Shown one piece after another: positions 52,501 through 59,141 of a DNA stretch of 59,194 nucleotides. Both the position numbers and the translations under genes were made by a program. Source of the DNA: an uncultured Weeksellaceae bacterium (GTDB lineage: Bacteria; Bacteroidota; Bacteroidia; Flavobacteriales_D; CAYVSK01); assembly GCA_964537825.1 (NCBI GenBank), contig CAZIDL010000005.1, positions 1 to 59,194 on the forward strand, given 5' to 3'. The notes under the pieces were generated by a model that saw only the letters and a list, made by a program, of their open reading frames with translations, ran no database searches and was not told where the DNA came from. The number at the start of each line of letters is the position of its first letter. Within the stretch, counting starts at the first letter, position 1.

Positions 52501-53258
52501 TCTCTTTCCTCGGTCATCCCGGAGACCGAGGCTAGCACCTTTATGATCTCCTTTCTTGCCAATGAACGGCTGCCGGGGAGTTTCTCGAGGGAGAGGGACG
52601 TATCTGGGACGGAGTTATCGCCTCCGTCCTTCTTTAAGCGGTAGAGGCCCTTATCCCGATCATGGACCCACAATGCCTCGTTCACTTCGAAGGACAAGTA
52701 GAACTCTTTTCTGGGATGAAGGGCCTGAAGGCTATCCCCCTCCAGGACGAAGATGACGTTATGTGCCTTGAAGAAAACCCTCCCGTCAAGCGCGTGGATA
52801 TTCCAAACGATATTGAAGTCCCGTAGGCTGTCAGGGACCAGGTGGGTGAGAGAAATGTACTCCATTCCTCCAAGGGCTTGTGACGATCTCCCAGGGTTGG
52901 TGGTATCGGAGGGGGATATGGGTCGGAGGTAGCCGAACTCACTCTGTCCACCGACCCAGATCCTCCCCTCGTGGTCGATATCCATAGCCAGAACGCTCAT
53001 CCCGGAGCTGGTGGGGACCTTTTTCCAGGTCTCTCCGCTGAAGTGGAGGACACCCTCTGCACTCCCGAACCACATGGCTCCGGCTGAATCCCGAGCAGCA
53101 CAGAAGACTTGGGGATGATCCTCATAGGTGGAGGGCGGGTAAGTCTTAATGCCCGGGTTGAGCGGTGGGCCTTGAGAAATCGCTTGGCCCGGGATAAAGG
53201 CGAAGCAAAGCAGAAAGAGAAGGGTGATCGTCCGCTTTTCAATCAAGGGATAAAGCAT
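49560..53258 (-). CDS. Sensor phosphatase paralog 1: signal peptide, two-component-regulator beta-propeller repeats, Y_Y_Y domain, TM helix, coiled coil, PP2C/SpoIIE phosphatase
   Basis: Start at 53258 (MLYPLIEKRTITLLFLLCFAFIPGQAISQ). The track ORF extends to 53294. Y_Y_Y block YSYRLEGFDKGWSQW...YTFRVKAKNIYGVES. TM helix WTAFGGYTLAGVGFIWLLLWL. SpoIIE-type motifs SGDFYW, IDCTGHGVPGAFMS, DGMDAAL and FSDGYADQ. Confidence 0.8.
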   Translation of the reverse strand: MLYPLIEKRTITLLFLLCFAFIPGQAISQGPPLNPGIKTYPPSTYEDHPQVFCAARDSAGAMWFGSAEGVLHFSGETWKKVPTSSGMSVLAMDIDHEGRIWVGGQSEFGYLRPISPSDTTNPGRSSQALGGMEYISLTHLVPDSLRDFNIVWNIHALDGRVFFKAHNVIFVLEGDSLQALHPRKEFYLSFEVNEALWVHDRDKGLYRLKKDGGDNSVPDTSLSLEKLPGSRSLARKEIIKVLASVSGMTEEREVLVLTRFNGLYRYHYGNLPKGKEDRLTPIGAKWRPFLSKADIYHAIPISPDTNPWDAPLAVSTNRKGAMLLDSLGRPVHVLDQSRGMTANGIWQTAKGASGSGMLWSATNKGIVRWTPGNPRTFAREGKAFSGGVEDITRYRGQLFIATLQGVYVRTNGKDPGKSEWLPISGQKGQSYVLVRTRDEDRQKSSLLVAADVLFEIRPQQGNPEGEGAWKAHRISGKHAYSLTELPISLKGQWIAFGGNAGIVVLSCQKEQKWQEELHIKGLPEEVHALQGTSPKKGVKVDLWSGLPSKGGVRIRLDSTVLSRALRSDSLRTIHYEKLSKKKGINLSTFTGKGEARKGLPKGGIRFFPFRERIVASTGSGLYRLSKSPGDTFHWTPDTTMGCLFLNCTEGKAEKIQGGGILHEAGDGSVWISSKTAYHFIPKAKGGYRVDSLPFKGLDLGAIRAFYPDSNGITWIGGSNGLARYDQKIEKDFRRDYPCFIREVTAPLQDTGRAKKDSLLFKGFYRKRVPDDSLLGWKRAWDQPESFVPTLPYEMNGIIFNFAAPYYESQDELEYSYRLEGFDKGWSQWKKETRKAYTNLPEGSYTFRVKAKNIYGVESEIGEYSFRILPPWYRTWTAFGGYTLAGVGFIWLLLWLNSRRLVAQKQRLERTVEERTQEIREQKEEVEKQKEKVEEAHQEITASIDYAQKIQNALLQSEEYASDHIPEHFILFKPQATVSGDFYWAREQNGYLYFAAIDCTGHGVPGAFMSMLGISQLNEIMAGKGSPSPGAILTELRERVVAELSSGDHGEGAKDGMDAALLRIPLDEEGTKTVAFAGAQNPLYIVRKGIGEDLPTVRFGHSVGATHPSPLHDTPQHGSLDHRVKPFKKSSDGFEVKGDPMPVGYDEYASGDFTTVSIQAQKGDMLYIFSDGYADQFGGPKGKKFRYGPFKELLARIHTMTPEDQKKELDRIFEEWKDGQEQVDDVCVVGIRI
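49927..49956. repeat. Perfect 12-bp-stem palindrome TGTAGGGGCGAC-ggatgt-GTCGCCCCTACA inside the paralog-1 CDS
   Basis: Read directly. It lies in the only hypervariable segment of the PP2C domain and encodes roughly ...SVGATHPSPLH... on the minus strand. Confidence 0.9.
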
Positions 53259-53365
53259 ATATGATCGGTGAAATGAAAAGGTATGAAAGGTCATCCCTTG
53301 GAAGGATAGCTCGGAACTTTCCAGGAATCGTTCCTAGAGGAAAAGGTTTTGTAGCACAGCTGTTC

Positions 53366-56300
53366 TCATACTCTGATCCCCACCACGCACACATCGTCCA
53401 CTTGCTCCTGGTCTTGCTTCCACTCCTCGAAGATGCGGTTGAGCTCCTTCTTCTGGTCTTCAGGCGTCATCGTGTGAATGCGAGCGAGTAGTTCCTTGAA
53501 AGGGCCGTAGCGGAATTTCTTGCCTTTCTCACCCCCGAACTGGTCGGCGTATCCGTCCGAGAAGATGTAGAGCATGTCGCCCTTCTGGGCCTCGAAGGAT
53601 ACGGTGGTGAAATCGCCGGAGGCGTATTCGTCGTAGCCGACCGGCATGGGATCGCCCTTGATCTCGATGCCATCGGAGGATTTCTTGAAGGGTTTGAGAC
53701 GATCCTGTAGGGAACGATCGGTATCGTTACCTGCAAGGCCTCCGACAGAAGGCAGATCCTCACCGATCCCTTTCCTCACGATGTAGAGGGGGTTTTGAGC
53801 GCCTGCGAACGCAATCTCCTTTTTCCCTTCGTCGTTCAGGGGTATCCTAATTAGCGCCGCGTCCATGCCGTCCTTGGCCCCTTCTCCGTGATCTCCACTA
53901 CTGAGTTCGGCGACCACCCTTTCGCGGAGCTCGGTGAGGATCCCTCCGGGGCTGGGCATTTCCTTGCTCGTCATGATCTCGTTGAGTTGGCTGATGCCGA
54001 GCATGGACATGAAGGCCCCGGGAACACCGTGCCCGGTGCAATCGATGGCTGCGAAGTAGAGGTGACCGTTCCGCTCTTTGATCCAGTAGAAGTCCCCGCT
54101 GACCGTAGCTTGTGGTTTGAAAAGGATGAAGTGATCAGGGAGTTGCTCAGAAGCGTGATCCTCGGATTGCAGGAGCACGCTCTGGATCTTCTGGGCGTAG
54201 TCGATGCTGGCGGTGATCTCCCGATGGGCTTCTTCGACCTCTTCTTTCTGTTGCGTGATCACCTCGTTCTTTTTCTCGACTTCCTGCTTTTGTTCTTCAA
54301 CGAGTTCCTTCTGTTCTCGTATTTCCTGGGTACGTTCTTCGACGGTCTTCTCGAGGCGTTGCTTCTGAGCGATAAGGCGTCGCCCGTTGAGCCATAAGAG
54401 GAACCAAATAAAACCTATTCCAGCTACGGTATAACCTCCATAGGCCGTCCAGGTCCGGTACCAGGGTGGATGGATCCTGAAACGGTATTCCCCCATTTTG
54501 CTCTCAACCCCGTAGATGTTCTTCGCTTTTACTTTGAAGGTGTATCTTCCTTCTGGAAGACTGGTGTACTCCTTTCGGGTCTCCTTTTTCCACTCGCTCC
54601 AGCTTTCGTCGAAACCTTTAAGGAAGTAGCTATAGGAGACCTTTTCCTGTCCCTCATGAAAGGGAGCGGCAAAACGGAATCTAAGGCCGTTCATTCCATA
54701 GGGTAGCTCGGGAACGAAGGACACTGGTTGCTCATGAACCCTTTTCCAATCAAGGTTTGGAGCATTCGGAGCGGGTTTTACGTATGATCCTCCAAATAGG
54801 ACCGAATCCTTTTTTTCCCGGCTCGGGTCTTGGAGGGAAGCGCTTACCTTTCTGATCAGGCATTGGTATGCCCGTTCAAAGTCCTTTTCGACCTTTCCGT
54901 CGTACCGGAGGAGGCCATTGTCCCCTCCCATCCAAGTCACGTTGTTCTTATCGGGAAAGAAACAGCGCACTCCCCCAAGGTCCATCCCTTTAAAAGGGAG
55001 GCTATCGATCCGGTAGCTTCCATTTCCCGTTGGAAATAGGTGATAGGTTCCGCTTCCCGAACTGATCCAGATATCATCTTCAGGGCCTTCCTTGAGCCGG
55101 AAAACCTCTTTGGCTTTAGAAGACCGCTTCCCTGGACAGTTCCCGAATAAACAACCAAGGCCGGTATCCGGGATCCATCGGGGTTCTGCTCGATCTTTTT
55201 TATCGAGCCGATAAAGGCCAGCGTCCGAACCCGCAACGATCCGGTCCTGAAGTTGAAAAAAGTTGATCTCATCTTCAGGCAACCCTTTCCGTTCCTTGCC
55301 TTTCCCTACGAAGGGCGTGAGGCTTATACCCTTTTTCTTTCCCTTCAGGATCTCCCTATAAGTCATCGTTAAGGAACTATCAGAACGAAGGGCTCTGGAT
55401 AACAGGGTGTGGTCAAGCTGCAATCGAAAGGCTCCTTGACTAGGAAGCCCCGTCCATAGTAGTATCCCGCCTTCCTGTCCTGTCGAACTCGAGGTAAGAG
55501 AATTCACCTCCTCCGGGAGCTCTCGGATCCATATTTCTTCCCGCCATTTGCGACCCTCTTTTCGAGAATGAACAGCGATCCCCTCTCTTCCCCCAAAAGT
55601 GAACCATTGCCTTTCTTGAAAGGAGGGTAGGGCAGAAAGGTGAAGCCCCCCTTTTTTACTTATTTCACGTACTTCCCATTTGGAGCCTCTGTTTCTTTTG
55701 CTTTTTTTCGAAGGGTAGAGTTCGAAGGTGTTGCCCCCCCCACAGACCAATAGGGATTTTTTCCCCGCTCCTTTCATTCCGATGGGAAGGATATTGAGAC
55801 ATTGTACGCCCGTATTGGGGATCCGTTCCCATTGACTCCCGGTCTTACCTTTTTTTCTCAAGTAAATGCCATTGTTCGTAGCTAAAAAAGAGCGACCCTT
55901 ATAGGTGGTAATGTCCATTATCCGACTTGGAAGATCCTCACCTTTTTGTGAGAAGGTCCGGGGGTCGCCGGGGATCCAACGCGTAATACCTTGATTGGTA
56001 GCGCTCCAAATGATGCCTGATCCTGGAGCTCCTTGCGTGCTCCGCCATATGGACCTAGAGCTCATGCCTTCATCTTCGTTCAGAACGTGGACGGGGCGAC
56101 CCACCGAGTCCAGCAGTACTCCCCCTTTTCTGATCGTACTTAATACCAGGGGAGCTTCCCAAGGATTCTTTTTCGGATCGATAGCGGTTGCATGATAGAT
56201 CTCAGCCTTACGATGAAAAGTACTCCATGCTTTACCAACGGGGATCATCCGTTTTGCTCCCTCTTTTATATTGGGATCGTACCGATATCTATAAAGCCCT

Positions 56301-57124
56301 TCCTTCCGGGTGAGGACGAGAACTTCATTTCTGTTTTCATTCAGGATCCCGGGAACGCTGTCCAGGATCTTCATGACCGTTTTCTTAGCGAGATCTTTGC
56401 TTCCAGGGAGTTTTTGGAGTTGGGCGTTCGGATCTTTGCGAGAGGCTTCAGGCTTCTTTGGTATCCTGTAAAGGCCATGCCCTCTGTCCTGAACCCAGAG
56501 TTCACCATTCACTTCGTGGGTTCGATAGAATATATTCTTTGGATAAATGGTCTTTATGGATCCTTTATGTAGCACGAAGAGAAGGTTCTCGGCATCGAAG
56601 TAGACCTTCTCACCTAAGGCATGGATCTTCCAAACGATGTTGAAATCCCTGAGGCTATCAGGTAAAAGGTGAGTAAGAGAGATGTACTCGAGGCTGCCCG
56701 GCGGCCTCGAACGCGATCCTTTGGCCGCTTTCATCGAACTGTCCTGATTCTTTAGATGGGGAACGCTATTATTGGAAGGGTGGATGGGCCTAAGATACCC
56801 GAATTCACTATTGCCCCCGATCCAGACCCTCCCCGCATTATCCAGCTCCATGGAATAAGCGGACATGCCTGAACGGGTTGGTACTTTTTCCCAAGCTTCG
56901 CCATTGTAATAAAGGATAAGATCTGCGGTCCCGAACCACATTGCCCCCGTCGGATCCTGCTCAGCACAATAAACTTGGGGATGGGCTTGGTAGGAGGAGG
57001 GGGGGAAGGTCTTTATCCGCGGTTTAAGCGGATCTCCTTGAGAAATCGCTTGGTGTGGGATAAAGGCCAAGGAAAGCAGAAAGAAGAAGGTGATCGGCCG
57101 CTTTTCAGTCAAGAGATAAAGCAT
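53366..57124 (-). CDS. Sensor phosphatase paralog 2, same architecture as paralog 1
   Basis: Start at 57124 (MLYLLTEKRPITFFFLLSLAFIPHQAISQ). The track ORF extends to 57178. It is collinear with paralog 1 throughout. By eye the N-terminal propeller region is about half identical, and the Y_Y_Y/TM/PP2C part is much more similar. Confidence 0.8.
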   Translation of the reverse strand: MLYLLTEKRPITFFFLLSLAFIPHQAISQGDPLKPRIKTFPPSSYQAHPQVYCAEQDPTGAMWFGTADLILYYNGEAWEKVPTRSGMSAYSMELDNAGRVWIGGNSEFGYLRPIHPSNNSVPHLKNQDSSMKAAKGSRSRPPGSLEYISLTHLLPDSLRDFNIVWKIHALGEKVYFDAENLLFVLHKGSIKTIYPKNIFYRTHEVNGELWVQDRGHGLYRIPKKPEASRKDPNAQLQKLPGSKDLAKKTVMKILDSVPGILNENRNEVLVLTRKEGLYRYRYDPNIKEGAKRMIPVGKAWSTFHRKAEIYHATAIDPKKNPWEAPLVLSTIRKGGVLLDSVGRPVHVLNEDEGMSSRSIWRSTQGAPGSGIIWSATNQGITRWIPGDPRTFSQKGEDLPSRIMDITTYKGRSFLATNNGIYLRKKGKTGSQWERIPNTGVQCLNILPIGMKGAGKKSLLVCGGGNTFELYPSKKSKRNRGSKWEVREISKKGGLHLSALPSFQERQWFTFGGREGIAVHSRKEGRKWREEIWIRELPEEVNSLTSSSTGQEGGILLWTGLPSQGAFRLQLDHTLLSRALRSDSSLTMTYREILKGKKKGISLTPFVGKGKERKGLPEDEINFFQLQDRIVAGSDAGLYRLDKKDRAEPRWIPDTGLGCLFGNCPGKRSSKAKEVFRLKEGPEDDIWISSGSGTYHLFPTGNGSYRIDSLPFKGMDLGGVRCFFPDKNNVTWMGGDNGLLRYDGKVEKDFERAYQCLIRKVSASLQDPSREKKDSVLFGGSYVKPAPNAPNLDWKRVHEQPVSFVPELPYGMNGLRFRFAAPFHEGQEKVSYSYFLKGFDESWSEWKKETRKEYTSLPEGRYTFKVKAKNIYGVESKMGEYRFRIHPPWYRTWTAYGGYTVAGIGFIWFLLWLNGRRLIAQKQRLEKTVEERTQEIREQKELVEEQKQEVEKKNEVITQQKEEVEEAHREITASIDYAQKIQSVLLQSEDHASEQLPDHFILFKPQATVSGDFYWIKERNGHLYFAAIDCTGHGVPGAFMSMLGISQLNEIMTSKEMPSPGGILTELRERVVAELSSGDHGEGAKDGMDAALIRIPLNDEGKKEIAFAGAQNPLYIVRKGIGEDLPSVGGLAGNDTDRSLQDRLKPFKKSSDGIEIKGDPMPVGYDEYASGDFTTVSFEAQKGDMLYIFSDGYADQFGGEKGKKFRYGPFKELLARIHTMTPEDQKKELNRIFEEWKQDQEQVDDVCVVGIRV
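53706..53735. repeat. Imperfect palindrome TGTAGGGAACGAT-cggt-ATCGTTACCTGCA at the homologous position of the paralog-2 CDS
   Basis: Read directly. The 13-bp arms have 2 non-Watson-Crick positions. The inner arms differ from paralog 1 on both sides in a complementary way. Confidence 0.85.
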
Positions 57125-57259
57125 ATAGGATCGAAGAAATGAAAAGCTATGAAAGATCATTCGACGGAAGGATAGCAAAGAACTTTCCCCTATGACCTTT
57201 CAGGATATGGTCCCCTTCCTCGGCTATCTGCTATTGCTCACTCTGGCTCTTTTTGGTCT

Positions 57260-58066
57260 TCATTCAGTCCCTCTGGGAGTGATAAGGTAATAGCCACAGG
57301 TGGTGAAGAGGTCCCTGAAGTAGGGAATATGCTTTATTAAGGGGAGTTGTTCCCTGGGTTTTACTCCGAACTTGTAACGATAGATAGGGTTGAAGAGGTA
57401 GAGCTTTCGGTTGAGGATCTTATAGCCCGTTCTTTCGGTGACGCGCTCGAATCGTTCCAGCGAAAGTCCTGTGCTTTTGATGTCCATCAGGTTGTCCAAT
57501 TTCCGCTGGCGCTCGTTCGATAATTGAAGGATCCCCTTGTAGATAGGTCGGGGGAGCAAATGAAAGTAGGGGAGTCGGGAAAGGAGCTTGTTCTTGCAGA
57601 GTTGTTGGTGTCCCCCGAACGGCATTTGCCATGGCGGGAATCCGAAAAAGATGCATCCTTTCGGCTTGAGGAATTCTTTCAAGCGTCGGAAGAGTTTTTC
57701 GTGCCCGTGAATATGTTCGATCACGTCCTTCAGAACGATCACGTCGAAGCCTTCTTCGATGCGCTCGAACAGCTCGTAGCTATGGATGTCCTCTTTCAAG
57801 ATGCAGGCTTTCCCTGCCTCGATCGCCTCGTTCAAATAAAATTCCGCGCGCTCTGCTCGCGGTTCGGCCAATTCGATCCCTGATCCTTCACAACCCCTGT
57901 CGAGGAAAGCCTGAAGCACCCCTCCTTCCCCGCAACCGATCTCCATGACACGTTTTCCATCGACCGGGCCATATGCTTCTTCGATGAAGGGGATGACATA
58001 GTCCCGTGCATTGATCCGCTGCTGTTCGAAATAGCGGTCTTTGTCCTTGTGAAACCCGTAAGGCAT
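57260..58066 (-). CDS. Class I SAM-dependent methyltransferase
   Basis: 268 aa. Motif I VMEIGCGEGG, an acidic motif II (GIELA), and post-motif DVIVLKDVIEH. Confidence 0.8.
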   Translation of the reverse strand: MPYGFHKDKDRYFEQQRINARDYVIPFIEEAYGPVDGKRVMEIGCGEGGVLQAFLDRGCEGSGIELAEPRAERAEFYLNEAIEAGKACILKEDIHSYELFERIEEGFDVIVLKDVIEHIHGHEKLFRRLKEFLKPKGCIFFGFPPWQMPFGGHQQLCKNKLLSRLPYFHLLPRPIYKGILQLSNERQRKLDNLMDIKSTGLSLERFERVTERTGYKILNRKLYLFNPIYRYKFGVKPREQLPLIKHIPYFRDLFTTCGYYLITPRGTE

Positions 58067-58683
58067 GATGAAGAAGGAGGCTATGACTTCCCTGGGAGCA
58101 GCTCAAAAGTAAGGAAGATCCGCAATCGAACGCTTTTTTGCACGATGGGCCGGTTCATCACCCTGGAACAGCTATGTTCGTGAACTCGGGAGGACGTGTT
58201 ACCAAAACCCGTGGTTTGTGAAAATCAAGGAGATGGTGAGCGTTCAACAAAAAGGAGACAGCCGCCTTCGATCGTCCGGTGATGAAGAATCTTTCTTCTC
58301 GGTCGTATCCTTCACCGGCTTCCCTTCATCCTGCCCGAAAAGAAGCAAGGGGAACATGAAGGATATGAAGGCCAATAGAAAAGAGCGGACCATGGATCGA
58401 ACCGTATTGGTTCATCCATGAAGGTAGTGGATCGTTATCGGTTGGGGGTGAGAAGGATGGTCGATGGAAAATAGGAGAGAGGAGGGGCATTTCCCTAGGA
58501 ACGGATGGCTTCAAATGGTGACCAAATACGCTTTGTCCGCTTTAGATTATCGATTAGGGATGGAACAAGGTGAATGTAAAGGGTTTCCTTGCGAAGCTGA
58601 AAAGGATTGTGGAGGAGGGAGGGAGTAATGTGAGATTGCTTCTCCACTATAAAGGGTCATTTTGGTAACAAGGGCGGGGTGCG

Positions 58684-58735
58684 TGTGACCAAATCTGTGA
58701 CCAGAACTCCCTATTTGTAACCAAATCTGTGACCA
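58684..58735. repeat. Two 20-bp direct repeats, TGTGACCAAATCTGTGACCA and TGTAACCAAATCTGTGACCA, with a 32-bp period; each contains two GTRACCA heptamers 12 bp apart
   Basis: Read directly. The copies are 58684..58703 and 58716..58735 (1 mismatch). An additional GTGACCAAA lies at 58518..58526. Confidence 0.85.
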
Positions 58736-58842
58736 ATTTTGCCGTGTACGTTCGTAACACCTAACCCTTTTCGATTTTCCAAAATCCCCTTAAATTGGTG
58801 TTTTAAGGCGACCAAGGTATTACTGATGAACACTTAGTTTCG

Positions 58843-58916
58843 TGACCTTGGGAGGACTCGAACCCCCAACCTTCAGGACCGGAACCTGACGCTCTATCCA
58901 GTTGAGCTACAAGGCC
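58843..58916 (-). tRNA. tRNA-Arg (anticodon CCG), no encoded CCA
   Basis: The reverse complement folds by hand as follows:
- acceptor GGCCTTG/CAAGGTC (one G-U)
- D arm GCTC-AACTGGATA-GAGC
- anticodon arm TCAGG-TTCCGGT-CCTGA (anticodon CCG, G37)
- variable AGGTT
- T arm GGGGG-TTCGAGT-CCTCC
- discriminator A
Total length is 74 nt. Confidence 0.9.
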
Positions 58917-59141
58917 AAGCCGCACTTCGTGCGCAGATCCCAACTTCTCCGCCTGATCGCGTCAGTCGAGCAGGAAGATCCAAGATCCCAAACCTCAACC
59001 CCCCAAATCTCGGATGCTTTTGTTCCCCTTTCTCCTGAAGGAGAAGCTCGCCCGAACGACCTTCGGTCGGGCGGGGGTCAGGGGATGAGGACCTTCATGG
59101 ATGAACGGGACCCTTTCATTTCTGGAATTTAAGATCCTTAG

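Noticed and set aside
58067-58842. RNase P RNA, SRP RNA or an integrated prophage remnant with an integrase
   Set aside because: I found no GAGGAAAGTCC-type RNase P box and no SRP domain IV motif on either strand. No integrase-like ORF is present. I kept the region only as an unexplained repeat-bearing stretch.
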